Made by a program: the position numbers and the translations under genes. The notes under the pieces were generated by a model. It was not told where the DNA came from. It worked only from the letters and a program-made list of their open reading frames with translations, and did no database searches. Shown here one piece after another: positions 28,503 through 42,328 of a stretch of DNA of 64,000 nt. Numbering within the stretch: the first letter of the stretch is position 1; every line of letters starts with the position of its first letter. The stretch covers positions 246,822,001-246,886,000 of the forward strand of contig OZ024740.1 in NCBI GenBank assembly GCA_964016885.1, in the 5' to 3' direction. Source of the stretch: Eledone cirrhosa. Its lineage: Eukaryota.

Positions 28503-28505
<3 letters not shown>
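27168..28505. mobile_element. Foldback-type DNA element with long modular TIRs built from 34-bp repeats
   Basis: 27168-27387 is inverted to 28016-28505. The unit AAAGTTTTATCTTAGTTTCTTGTCCTATTCTTTT occurs about 4 times on the left and 11-12 times on the right. The internal segment is GC-rich. Confidence 0.8.
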
Positions 28506-28555
<50 letters not shown>

Positions 28556-29103
28556 TAAGTTGACGGGACTAGCATAAGGTTTTCCTGCTAGTACCGGTTG
28601 CATCTCAGCGTACTCAATAGGTAAGGTTATGTAAAAATCCCTGAATAACACAAAGTAATGGGTATACAATACAACACACGTAAATGGGTACCATAAACCT
28701 ATACCCGTACTCGAGTTTCGACCACACTTAATGCAGCAAGAGACCATACAGTATATATTGTCTGCATTTATTATGCAATGCAACAATGCATAATCGGTAC
28801 ATGTGGCTTCATCAGCGGGTTTTGTCTAATCAATAACCAATCGATCGACAGAATTCGATTTCAGTCCGTGCCGTCTATGGCAGTAAATGCGACAGGTGAC
28901 ACATTAGTAACTGGGATCCCTACGCGTCACCAAATAACCGTCAAGCCATTGTCCACTGGTTCAGAAATTTACGTGATGTTCGGAGTCGAGATTCTGTTCT
29001 TCGCCCCCCCCCCCCCCCCCCCCCCCGGACTCAACCAACATATCTCAAGTAAAACACAAATTAACAAGTGAGTGAAAAAATCAGTTATTGGAGAAAATCT
29101 ATA

Positions 29104-29161
<58 letters not shown>

Positions 29162-29186
29162 TGTGTGTACGTATTGTATATTTAAT

Positions 29187-29270
29187 TGTTTCTACGTTAG
29201 GCACAAGGCCAGCAATTAGCCAGTGTATTACTGGTACTTTATTTTATCGACCCCGTAAGGATGAAAGGCA
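29187..29270 (-). mobile_element. SINE fragment (same family as 5009-5115)
   Basis: Visible sequence identity to the other copies. Confidence 0.75.
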
Positions 29271-29529
29271 ATAATATACGGGATGTTTATGAGAAACATT
29301 TGGAAGGCCTTTCGCTATGAATTTTAAGGCTGTGACAATCGTCACATAACCTAGCTTCAGCAAAGACAGGAGGAAGTAATCGACGATGCAATTGTTTCTC
29401 ACTTATTAGTGTTTATCAAGACTACATATCTCCCTGCCTTTGCTGAAGCTAAAGTAAATGAATTTCATCAGCTCATAAACATAAGCAGAATTCTAGAAGA
29501 ACCTAGCTTATTTTATATATATATGTATG

Positions 29530-29583
<54 letters not shown>

Positions 29584-29609
29584 CATATATGTATATATAT
29601 ATGTATGTA

Positions 29610-29693
<84 letters not shown>

Positions 29694-30435
29694 TATATAT
29701 TATATATATATTGTTTAAATGAAAACCCTGATGGCGAACCGTTGACAAGATGTCATCACATGTTGTTTAATATATATATAGAAGTGACGACACCATTTTG
29801 TGTTTATGTATTTCCCTGTTTAAAGTCCAGAGAAATTGTGTTGAGTGATGGCATTTAGGATTGGTAAATACATTAGATTATAAAGGCTCGGTTTGGGGAA
29901 GGATTTGGTAAAAAATGGAAAAATTGGAATTCGCTGAAAGGGTTTCTTGTCTAATAAGATTTTATAATTTTGAAGCCCATTTGCTGTTTAAGGGCGATTG
30001 GGGACATGCGTGTGTGTGTTTATGTGTTGTTGTGTACATATGCGTTTGAGTTTAGTTTGCGCGTGTATAAATATATACCGTATATTTCATGATACCTTAT
30101 TTATCATGATATTTCCGGATTTTCAAAATTTTTCAAAAATAATTGAAAGTGAGGTATGATGGTAGTGGGGGAGTGGGTTGCTCTGTTTTATCATAAATCC
30201 TATTTTTCATTCCTTTATTTCCAACTGGCTTTCCTAAAACGATTTTAACCACGTATCTCACAATAATGCTTCTCTCTTTCTCTCTATATCTCTCTCTCTC
30301 ACGACCCCTCCTCGCCCACAAATTGACTTCTACACGCAGTCATACACACACGCACACAAACACACACACACACGCGCACACAAACACACATACACACTCT
30401 CTCTCTCTCTTTCACACACAAACATACCCCCCACC

Positions 30436-30467
<32 letters not shown>

Positions 30468-30769
30468 CTAAAAATAGCAGAACAGCTTTTCTTTCAAGCA
30501 TGTTATATTGAAAATATAATTATTAACGATATTACGATTCGTATTAGTTATTTATGCTTTGTCTATGAAGAATTCCATACAAAGCATACCGAACAACTAT
30601 AGAATCTCTACCAATGCCGAGAAAGTTTAAATCACTACGTCCCCGATATGTTACTTCTGGTTTGATACTTTACTACCACTGACTAAACACGTGGAGATGG
30701 AGTCATGGGCGAGTAAAAACGTTAATGCACACACACTTAAGAACGCTGCTCTTCCAAAATAAGTATAAA

Positions 30770-32568
30770 GAACTGAGAGAATACGAAATCCTTTCAATAT
30801 ATGTGCGTGTGTACGCTCTCAGCGTTGATGTGGTCTCTCTGTACACCTCGGTCCCGGCGCTCCCGGACGTCGACATACTGACAGAACGTGTCCGGTCTAC
30901 CAGCCTACACTGCTTTCGGCTCACCCCAACTGACATCCACCAGCTCCTATCCGTTGTCGTTGAGAACACATATTTCAATTTTCTCGGCCACACATACCGG
31001 CAGACCTCAGGGCTACCCATGGGTTCAAGTCTGTCGGGTGTGCTAGCGATCTCCTGTATGGACAGCCTTGAACGCAAGGCACTCAACACCTGACACTCCA
31101 ACGCTGGCGCCTTCTTCTCAAGATACGTGGACGACATCCTCATCCTCACATCTTCCCAGGAGATGGTGAACGGGATTTACGAAACGTTCAGCAACACGGA
31201 CGAGAATATTGACTTCACTATTGAACACCCCAACGACCACAGACCCCTTGCCCTCCTCGACTTCCGAATAAACATCACGGAACAGGGAGGGATAAACACC
31301 AAATTCTACCGCAAGGCAGCCTGCAAGGACTTATTCGTCCACTACAAATATGCCCTTCCTAACACTGTTAAAAGAGGATACATCACGAACGAGATCACGC
31401 GGATTAATAAATAGATGCAGCGATCCCGTGAGTGGTGTCGCCCATACCAAGCGGTTCCACAGGGTGCTGGAGACAGCATCGTTTACAAGCAGAGTAAGGG
31501 ACATCGTTTACAAGCAGAGTAAGACGCAAGAGGCAGAGAAACACTCAAGGGAAGTGCTTTTTTAAGATCCCGCACCTGGGCGAGAAAACCACCAACACTA
31601 TCCGCAGGCCATACGGATGGAGGGCTTCGACATCCACTTGGCCCACTCGGGACCATCCCTACAGAGATGCTTCTCGAGGAAACCTGAGAAATTGGATGTC
31701 GCGTGTTCCCTCAGCAACTGTCCAATGCGCCAGACGAACTGTTGCTAACGCACGTACGTCGTATACAAGGTAGAATGTGGTAAGTGTAACTACTTCTACA
31801 TTGGTAGCACCATCCGGCCACTACATATCCGGATCAAGGAGCCCATCAACACTAGGGCCTCGTCTTTCCGGAAACACATAATCAAATTCGGAAACAAAGA
31901 CGGAAGGCCCATTGTCGCAGTGTTATCGACGGAACGCAACGTCGGCACTCTAAGGACCAATGAGGTACACTGGATCAAACCCCTCGGACCACAAATCAAT
32001 AATCGATCCGAGAGAAGTGAGGCGAGATAGCTGGTGTAAACAAATGAAGCAACAACAACACACACAGTGACCATCGAGCGATTGTTATTGTGTATATATC
32101 GTGCTCACCATCCACCGACCGATAGACAACAGGCAGGCAGACTACCATCATCATGCCTGCCAGTATCACAGAGGGAATATAAGAAATTGACAGCGAAGAT
32201 GTGTACATATTGACACATCACTACCCCACTACTCTATAGAAGAACTGCCTCGACCTTTGTCTGACCCCAGCTATTCCGCGCGCACACGCGCCCGACAGAG
32301 TATTTCAGTTGTACGCACACGGCAAAAAGCTTATTCCCCTCGGAAAACCCTCAGTTGATGGATGCGAAATCCGAAATATAGGGACAATTAAATCACTTCC
32401 AAGGTAACTCTATCTCGTGTTATTATTTTTACACTTTTCCCACGTTCTCTTACGCTCTCTACGTCTCATTCTACATTTCCTCTTACATTTCTCTCTCTCT
32501 CTCATTACCACCTGATTGTGTTACCTGGAGATTTACCCATCTGCATTGTTGAGGATTCTAAAACGACC
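30770..32568 (+). mobile_element. Penelope-like element (RT + GIY-YIG + pLTR), decayed
   Basis: SVDVVSLYTSVP, YRQTSGLPMGSSLSG, RYVDDIL, LLDF, FYRK and VVYKVECGKCNYFYIGSTIRPLHIRIKE. Hammerhead-like motif at 32348-32383. Ends at (TA)n. Confidence 0.88.
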
Positions 32569-32573
32569 ATATA

Positions 32574-32643
<70 letters not shown>

Positions 32644-33185
32644 TATATGTGTGTGTGTGTGTTCGGTTTCGTGTATTTATTAAGGGTTAGTAAATTAATT
32701 GGAGCAATAACGGTCTTATTTGCGTCTCCCATCACAACTATCCGGCAACCACTACTATGACTGCCACCACCACCACCACTACCACCACCACTAACTCTAC
32801 TAACACTACCACCACCACTACCACTACTAACATTACCGCCAGTAGGGTCTTAAATATGAGAAGTAAAACCTTCACTCCTGGCAATATACCGAACACCATC
32901 ATCAACTCCACCAGCACTAGCATCGTCACCTCAGCACCACCATACAGACACAACCACTACAATGTCCACGACCACATCCGCCACCACCATCAGAATTTAA
33001 TGATGCTGAAACACTTAGACTTTCAGAGAGAAAGAGGAAACGATAAATAGGGTGAGATTCAGTAGGATGATCCGGTTCGCTGGCTTTTAGGGCGTTCGTA
33101 TGATTCATGATGTCTTTGTTTATAAAATATAAACAAATGTCTCAATCAACCAATAAGAAAATTTCCAAGCAAGAGAAAATTTCCA

Positions 33186-33191
33186 ATAATG

Positions 33192-33226
<35 letters not shown>

Positions 33227-33318
33227 TGTTTCTACTTTAGGCACAAGGCCAGCAATTACCCAGTACATTACTGGTACTTTATTTTATCGACCCCGTAAGG
33301 ATGAAAGGCAAAGTTAAA
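33186..33318 (-). mobile_element. SINE 3' half with an (ATT)n tail, fused to a LINE 3' end
   Basis: Same family as 5009-5115. (AAT)n at 33186-33225. Confidence 0.8.
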
Positions 33319-36300
33319 CACAAGGGTTTACACAAAGTAGACATTAAGGACAGTACAGGACAATACAGGACGGTACAAAACGGCATTTCTGCGTGTAAAA
33401 AAAACAAAAAACAGAGGTGTAATAATAGAACAATGAAAAAGTTCCACAATAGGGGGGAGACTTCCGAGGGACATTCGTGGAGAAAGCCCATTAAAAATCC
33501 ACAGTAACCCTGACCACCAGGGCAAGTGCCCTCTCCCAGTTTTCCACCTTTAATTTACAGACACATACTCAGAGTAGGCCCATTCATTGGGCCATTCTTG
33601 CTTCTCTCACCCATCTTTCAACAAAATGCTGGGAAGGGAGCACTTCCCTCTCCACCCTGATTTTCCTTTTCAAATGAAATTTGAAAAAGTCAATCAGGGC
33701 ATCACCGAAGAGGTAAGTGCTCGTCTTCAGCCCTTTCAGACGCGTCCACCATACTATCTCTTTCGCCATGGCCACCAGGCAGATAAAAACTGACTTCCCT
33801 TCCCGGCTAAAGGAAGAAGGCAGGGCAATGTTCACGATGGACTCAGCTGATAGCTGGATCCGTCCTACACGTGACAGCAGGTGTTCGACATAAACCCACA
33901 AGTCTGTAATGCTCGGACATTGGACGAGTGCGTGCAGGACGGTTTCGTCGCCCTGCGCGCATCTCGGACATGCCCGGCTGACGGCACCTCCATGCCTGTA
34001 GAGTTAATCCCGAACTGTCAAAGCTCCCCGGTAGCACTGCCAGGCCAGGGATTTCTGGAAGTTGTCCATAGGCCCCGGCCCGAAAGTTCTTCCGAAGAGA
34101 TTGGCTAGTTGATTTTCGTCGACGCCTCGAGTTTCTCCAAGTACGTCGTCGCCCTTCCACTCCACTAATCCTCTATAGAACGCTAAGGTGGAGTTTCCAC
34201 CGATCACATTGCCCGATTGGACGAGGGCTGTGAGCGCCTGAAGACATTCCAGTCTCCAAGCGCTCCCTCTCGGTCTTCGCTTGACCCAGGACTGCAGCAT
34301 CATCAGCCACGGCATACCCAGCCCTCCACGTAGCGGGGTGTTGACAGCAGATGGACCGCTTGACCATCGGAGCGCGTCCCTTCCACAAAAGGCGAATGAG
34401 CAAACGCTCCAGCGCAGTCAGGCGGGGCTTAGGACAAGGTACGACGGTCAGGCGGTAGTAGATGACGGACGCGATGTACGCGTTAGCCACTTCCGCTCGA
34501 CCTTTCAGGGATAGCTTCCTCACCGCCCATTTCTGGGTGAGAGAAGCCACCCTGCTCGTCACCTCGTCCCAGTTTTTATCCGTCTGGAGGTCCGGACCGA
34601 ACCAGACCCCTAGCAATTTAACCGGTCCGTCCGTCCAGCGCCCGACGACGCTGTTGGACGGCATGGACCTGCCTTTCCAGGTGCCGAGCTGCAGGCCCAC
34701 TGACTTTTCCTGGTTGATCATTGTTCCTGTCACCGCTTCGTATTCTCTAAGTGTAGTGCCGATCGCCTCGATGTGTTTGGCGTTCGACACCACTACGGTG
34801 ACATCGTCCGCATATACTGACACGGATCTTCCGCATCCTAGTTGGCGCGGGCTCCCCGCTCAACGTCTCCAGTTTGTGCAGTAATGGCTCGAGAGTCAAT
34901 ACGTACAAGAGGGACGAGAGGGGACATCCTTGGCGGACCGAGCACATGATGTTAAACGGTTCCGAAAGGTGACCGTTCACTCTCACCACAGAGCAGATGT
35001 CGCTATGCATGGCAGCGATCCAGCCTCCGAAGACGGGCCCAAAGCCACCCGCCCTCAGGACTGCCGCTACATAACGATGGTCGACCCTATCAAAAGCTTT
35101 CGACTGATCTAAATTGATCAAGGACCCACCCGTGCCAGGCTCCCTAGCTACCCTCTCTACGATGTATCGCATGAGGTGGAGGTTGTCGTGGATGGATCTG
35201 TCGGTAATGGCGCATGTCTGCGCCTCACCCACCAGACCACCAACGACAAGCGCCAACCTCTTTGCTAGCACCTTGGTCAAAATCTTGAACTCTGTGTTTA
35301 GCAGAGTTATGGGTCTAAAATTATCTATGTTATCCCCCTTGTTCGGATCCTTTCTCAGCAGCTCCACAGCTCCTCAGCTCACAGAGTCGGGAATTCTCCC
35401 GTTCTGTTGCCAGTTGCAGTAGACGTCCGCCAAGAGGCCTCCGAACAAGTCTGGCATCTGTACGTAAAGTTCATACGGCAGACCATCCAAACCAGGCGAT
35501 TTATCCCTTGTGCAGCCAGTCATTACTTCCCGTACTTCAGCGGCTGTTATCGGCTTTTCGCAACACTCCGCCTCAGTGGCCGAGAGCCGCGGCAGTCCGT
35601 CGAGGTAGACACTAAAGTCCATCCCTCGATCGGGCCCGCCGCTGCCCCCGAACAGCTGTGTGAAGTATCGCTGAAAAGCTTCACACATTTGCCTGGGATC
35701 GAGTAGCATGCGCCCGTCGTGGTCCACCAAAGACCGGATCGTGGCTTTATTGCCACGACGCGCCTCCGCCACTCGGGCCCATTGAACGGCTTTCGTCCCC
35801 TCGTGTCTGAGAGCACACACCCTAGCTCTGACAACGCACCCTTCGTACTTTGCATTGAAGAATTGGTCAAGGGCCAATTTCGCCGCAAGTACGTCGGTCG
35901 CAATGCCTTTGCTAAGCGCCTCGTCTAATTTTCTAACTAGTTCTCCCTTTGCTCTATTTTTCTCTATTGCTAAAGCCTTACTAAACCTAATGGACTCTAT
36001 TCTAATCGCTCTTTTCAGAGCAAACCACCACTTGTGGCCCCGTCAACGCCCGCTTAACTAGTTCGCTAATCCGGTCTCTGTAGGCCTTGCGCGCTGGTAA
36101 GGACGCGTTTAGATTCCATTGTGGTCCGTGTAGCTGACTATCTTGAATTGTGGACAGCCTATGCTAGACCTATCTATTTCCCTACAAAATACTCCATCTA
36201 GATATGATCTGGATGACCCTATGCGATTTGTCCAAGTCCACATTGGCACATACGGGAAATCCAATCGGTACCTGTCAGACAGTTCAAAACGCCTGAGCAG

Positions 36301-36825
36301 GTTGGTGAGGCTCTTGCACCCTCCTCCCCTATTCGCTAATCCCACACAGTCCCAGCGTGCATCTAAGATTCCGTTCCAGTCGCCCACTAACACTAAAAAG
36401 CGGGACGTTCCAAGAAAGGTCTCTAGACGCCGGAAGAAATCAGGCCGCCCTGTTCCTGTCGTGGCATAGACGGCCACTAGCCTGAAAGCTTGCCCGTCTC
36501 CGCTAATCACGTCAAGCACCACCAACTTACCTTCTGGGTCCAGGAAGGCGAGATCCAAACCTCTCCGAAAAAGCACAGCAACTCCTCCCCCGATCCAGGA
36601 TGGCTGGGAGATGCGTACACATCGTAGCCGCCGAAGATCGGTGCGAAGGACCGTGCTTCGGAGATTCTGGTCTCGCTGATGGCCACTACATCTATGTTTA
36701 GGGACCTGAGGTCGTTGAGCAGGTGGCCCTGCTTCCATGACGACCCCAAGCCACGCGCATTTATATTGCCTATTCTGAGTGAGGTCATGTTGAAATGGAG
36801 TGGAAAAGATGGGAAAGTACACTTC
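33319..36825 (-). mobile_element. Tx1-like LINE copy A (ORF2 only, defective)
   Basis: Highly similar to 46855-50555. Carries several frameshifts and deletions and is 5'-truncated just upstream of the ORF2 ATG. Confidence 0.93.
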
Positions 36826-36849
36826 TTTCAATCATTTCTATATTTCATC

Positions 36850-37312
36850 TGCGCGTCATCCACCTTGTGGATTGGCGCTCTGTTGACCACTGGCCGCTGG
36901 TCTCTGTCGCCTTGAGTACTGTTGTACAGTCAGCTCCAGGATGGTGCCCATAGTGTGGGCAGACCACTACTCTGATATAAGGACACGCTGAAGTACAATC
37001 ATGTCTGTCAACGTACCTCTTTCTTCGTTTGAAGCCATGACTGCCAACTGTAAAACATGGAGAACTGTCTTCCACGAAGGTATAAGGAACTTTGAGAAAT
37101 CTCGTTTAACTCGCCTCCGTGAGATAACATCTAACACCAAAGTCCGGTCAGGCATCCAGCTTGCTCTGTTCGAGATCCTGTCACCTGAGCCGAATGCGGA
37201 TTGATGTGTAAATCAGCAGCTGGATTGAAGTGCCATTTAATGCATAATCCTAAAACAATAAACTGAAAAGAATGTTGAACTCTCATACGTCGCATCGACG
37301 GGAGAGTCCATC
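36850..37312 (+). mobile_element. RTE-clade LINE 3' fragment
   Basis: GRPLL.YKDTLK...FEAMTANCKTWR..FHEG...FE, followed by a C..C/CKSAAGLKCH finger typical of RTE C-termini. Confidence 0.65.
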
Positions 37313-38227
37313 ATATGTTGATATATATATTTATCAACATTGTAAACAAACCACAGGTATTAGTGTACTCAATCTAATGTTGTAGAATAGGTTTCTATGC
37401 AATAATCTTGTTTTCATATAATATATAAAAGATAGAAATCTTTGACAATGTAAAACGTTTTGATACTTTTAAAGCAAGCTACCTTATTGTTCAAGGTTGT
37501 CTGCCTTGCACTACCAGTTCTTTTGATATATATAGGACAAGAACATAATGAGTATTTGATTCATATTTTTTAGTGTGTGGATTAATATATATCATGTAAC
37601 CATGAGATCTTCAGCCGGATTTGTGTGAAGAAAAATTATTAATGTTTATAATGGAGCTTTGATGAGACAAAATATCAATTTTTCTCTGAGGGCGAACATC
37701 TCAAGAATCATCTATATAATAAGTTAGAAAGATTGTCTGTTTGTTTTGAAACAACAGTTTTATTTCTGAACGATCTATACCAGAATAATTCACACAAAAG
37801 ATTCTGCCTCCTGGGGTAAAAATGGTAAAGTGAAAACAGTGAGATATCAGGCGTGAATTCTATATCTTAACCAAAGGCTCATCTTCAGTAGATCCATACA
37901 TATCGAACTGTTGAAGAAAATCCGAGACGTAACTTGGCTCACTCGATAGCACAATACATTACTTATAGAAGATAAGTTCTATTTGTCTACAGACTAGCCT
38001 CTGTATAACAAGCGATTCAACACAGCGCGGACGTCAAATGAATTCCACGAACTGTTCGAGAACGCAATATCACATCCTCCTCAAGTGGAGAAACAATGAA
38101 CACGAGAAGGTCACAAATTGAAGTTATGTGGTAGACGTCTATCTCTTGTAGTTTCATCTATTCGTCAGTATTTACATGGCTGTTTCTGGTCTAATTTTCT
38201 AACTTGAGTATCTGGACCTAATTTAAT

Positions 38228-38265
38228 TGTTTCTACTTTAGGCACAAGGCCAGCAATTACCCAGT
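38228..38265 (-). mobile_element. 38-bp SINE 3' stub with a 13-bp TSD
   Basis: TSD GACCTAATTTAAT at 38215-38227 and 38266-38278. Confidence 0.8.
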
Positions 38266-38727
38266 GACCTAATTTAATGATCTCATTTTAGTTAATTTGC
38301 TTCTTATAGTGGCTTGTGTCTTGGCTGAATTTAAATACACGGTTTAGTAGTAGTAAGCAGCTGCTTTGTTTATATATATATATTATCTCCAGATCCAAGA
38401 GTGTGGGGTTGTTATCAAATGTTTTTCGGTAATCAATCCATGCCATGATAATGTTTATTTTTCCTCTTTATTCTGTCTTCTATAATTTACTTTATTTATG
38501 ATTAACCGCTCTTTACAATCATACTACTTTTTCGTACAGTGATTATAATCTACCAGTCGTGTACTTGGATTAATTTAATCAACAGTAGCACTTTGTAAGG
38601 ATTCGAAGTCTCGTGCCTATTAAAAATGATTCGTATTATTACAGAGCGTTGTCAAGATAGTGAATTGATACAATTGTTAAAGTGTGCGCCAACATTCTTT
38701 GCTATATTTAATTACAGATTTTAATGT

Positions 38728-38800
38728 TCTGAGTTCAAATCACGCCAAGGTAAACTTTACTTTTCAGCATTTCGGATGCAGTGAATTAAAGTACCAGTCA
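38728..38800 (+). mobile_element. Older diverged SINE copy
   Basis: GAGTTCAAATC B box followed by a degenerate Meta-like domain ending AAAGTACCAGT. Confidence 0.55.
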
Positions 38801-39387
38801 ATTTGTTGAATCGAGGTTGTCTATGTTTAAAACAATCACATAGCGCCGTGTATGCAACTAACATCCAACACCCCTATCATCAAACCATTATCACCAACAC
38901 ACTCAACCACCATCACAACAACCACCACCAAAATCATTAATTCCACCACCACCAACATCCACATATACAACCACCATTACTATCAGCGCAACCATGACTA
39001 ACACAAATATCACCCCATCACCACCACAACCACCATCACCACCACCACCACCACCACCACCAAAATCGACATCATCAACACCTCACCAGTAATAGCATCA
39101 CTGTCATTATTTCTATCATCACCACTACCACTAACAACATCAACTATTATCACAACGCCTACCATAAATACACCACCACCACCACCACAACTGCAACAAC
39201 CACCACCAACATCGTTACATGATCAACACAGTAGAAGCTCTTGTGTGCTTATGTTAGTAATTATTATACATAATACATATGTGATTAATCAACTGCTTAT
39301 TAACTAGATGTATTTGATCCTCAATTTTATTTCACTTCCAAGATTAAGACAGATAATTTCGTAAAAATTTCATATGGTGTTTACATT

Positions 39388-39538
<151 letters not shown>

Positions 39539-39544
39539 GGTTAA

Positions 39545-39682
39545 CGTATGTTGATGCCCTAAGGACAGACACTGGTCTGTTGGAGACGCAGGACATGGCA
39601 GCGATAATGAGGGACAGAGACCGCTGGAGAGAACTCGTCCATGGATCTCGGGAATTTTACCCGCCTTAGATAGATAGATAGA
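39545..39682 (+). mobile_element. RTE-like 3' stub with a (TAGA)n tail
   Basis: [12 protein letters not shown]...MRDRDRWRELV. Confidence 0.6.
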
Positions 39683-39778
39683 TATATATATACATACATG
39701 TTCACATATATTCACATATATATATATCCACACTCACATGCATACATACATACATACGTACATAAATACATACATACA

Positions 39779-40761
39779 TGATGACTTCCCCCTCGTTATC
39801 GAGTGTGGCCATTGCACGATATACCATTATTAATAATTATTAATTAATTCTATCGTGCAATGCCTGTGCGTGAAGATATTTTTTAAAGTGAGGAAAGACT
39901 GTGCACTGAGCCAATCCCACTCTCTGAGCGACAGTAGCTATAACCCGAAAAGAAGAAAAGATCAACATCATCGGTAACTACTGAGCCGCAGGTTTTATAT
40001 CAGAGTTATCCCAGTTTCCTGAGTTGCCTTCTCCTAGAAGAATGCCCTGAAAAGGGCCAGGGGTTCTTCACTCCCAGTGGTTTAACCGCGCGGTACATGT
40101 GTATATACATATTTGCACTCTTTCGGATGGCCGTTGACTCTTATGAGTTCTTCCGCTCTTTGTCAGGTTTTGCTTTTTGTCCTGCATGGTGTCCAAAATC
40201 ACCCTCCTCACCAAGTAAACTTGGTGGGGTTGCCGGTTTAGTCGCCGAAAACAGGCTAACTATTTTAAGAAAAAAGAAAACTTCTTGAACGCCCACACCA
40301 CATACATACATACATACATACATACATACATACATACATACATACATACATACATACATGGTGGCTGCCAACTCGTTTTCGAGTACGGCCACTACTTTAT
40401 ATCCATCTAGGAGAACCCCTACCGAGGCGCTGAACGAGTGTGACTTTTTAGTCCAGCCAGCGACTTGAAAACTCTGGTACAAACACTACACTTGTGACAA
40501 TTATTGACACATAGTGCTGGGCTCACGGTACCATGTGACGACAAGTGCAGAGAGATCTCCAGATATAAAGCAATGCCTGTGCCGTGAAGCTTTTATAGTG
40601 AGCAAAGGCACTGCACAAAGCCAGTCCCACTCTCTTAACCAAGATGATATTTACCAAAAAGAAGAACAAGTCAACATTATTGGATACCATCAGGGTTGCA
40701 GGTGTTATATCAGAGTTTTCCTTCTCCTAGAATTCGGCCTTGACAAAGGCTAAGGGGTCAT
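39779..40761 (-). mobile_element. Cluster of RTE-related non-autonomous copies in (CATA)n
   Basis: 40359-40761 and 40119-40245 match 13922-14530. 39779-40075 is a diverged relative. Confidence 0.7.
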
Positions 40762-41197
40762 ACATACATACACACATACACACATACACATACATACATA
40801 CATACATACATACATACATACATACATACATACATACATACAAAGAAACCTATCTATATGCCTAGTTAGTGAAGCAGCTAAATCGGTCAGTCAGGCTTTA
40901 TCCATTACAGATATCTCACGAGATGGATAAATGTCAGGGTTTCGAAATAATGGCAGTCTTTGTTATAAGAGCAGAAGTAAACTTATCTCTCAGTACTTCT
41001 GGCTTTGGATATAAAGCAGGGAACAACTGGACTATTCTAATATTCTAACATCTAATTATATCTTCGAAAACAGGCTAACTATTTTAAGAAAAAAGAAAAC
41101 TTCTTGAACGCCCACACCACACCACACCACACCACACCACACCACACTACACCACACCACACCACACGACTTCTTTCGTTACCTCGTTCTTGTGTAT

Positions 41198-41241
<44 letters not shown>

Positions 41242-41330
41242 TAAATCATGTCCTTAGAATTATTAGATAAAATATATACCATTTCCGGTTGCCACATATA
41301 TATCTCTGACTTTATGTATATGTAAATCTT

Positions 41331-41382
<52 letters not shown>

Positions 41383-41712
41383 AAAAGAATTTTATTTCTC
41401 GCTCTAGCATAGCTGATACATAAAAGTAAGTTTGCATACGTACACACACACATATATATATATACATATGTACGTATAGGTTATATCGATAATTAATAAT
41501 AAAGTTCGATTCGTTTGTTAACAAACGGCCCGATTAGAAGCTGTGCCGTGCCGGTGTCACATCGTCACCTGTTTGTTCAACACTGGCTTTGAGTAACAAT
41601 GAAGATTTTTCTTAAGTATACATCGGCTGAGTAGCCTAATTTGTATACCCAGCGAATTGCGGCTGGCCTTGCCCAAACATTATTATTAATGTTCGATATA
41701 ACCCATACGTAC

Positions 41713-41751
<39 letters not shown>

Positions 41752-42091
41752 CGTGTGTGTGTGTGTGTGTGCGTGTGTGTGTGTGTGTGTGCGTGTGTGT
41801 GTGCATACTTACATTTATGTATCAGCTGTGTTAGAGCGAGAAATAAAATTCTTATTTTATTTTTTATATTTGGCAAGGCCAGCCGCAACTTACTCGGTTC
41901 AACAAATTGGCAGAGAGGTATAGAGCCCTGACGAAGGGTAATGACGTAGAAACATCTTGATTATTCCTCAAAGCCAGTGTTGAAGGAACAGGTGACGATC
42001 GGTCAACGGCACGGCACAGTATCTAATCGGGCCGTTTGTTTACAAACGAACGAACATTATTATTTATTTCGAGTTATGGCCCTTGCCATTC

Positions 42092-42210
42092 TCAGTTAAA
42101 ATCCTGCCAAGGTTAACTTTGCCTTTCATCCTTACGGGGTCGATAAAATAAAGTACCAGTAATACACTGAGTAATTGCTGGTCTTATGCCAAAAAGTAGA
42201 AACAATTATT
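42092..42210 (+). mobile_element. SINE copy
   Basis: GTTAAAATCCTGCC...GCCTTTCATCCTTACGGGGTCGATAAAATAAAGTACCAGT...AGAAACAATTATT. Confidence 0.8.
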
Positions 42211-42240
42211 CATGTTCGATATAACTCATACGTACATATG

Positions 42241-42328
<88 letters not shown>

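Noticed and set aside
32738-33050. Thr-rich ORF as a mucin-like gene (also 38870-39210)
   Set aside because: Degenerate (CAC/CAA)n low-complexity DNA with no splice or domain support.
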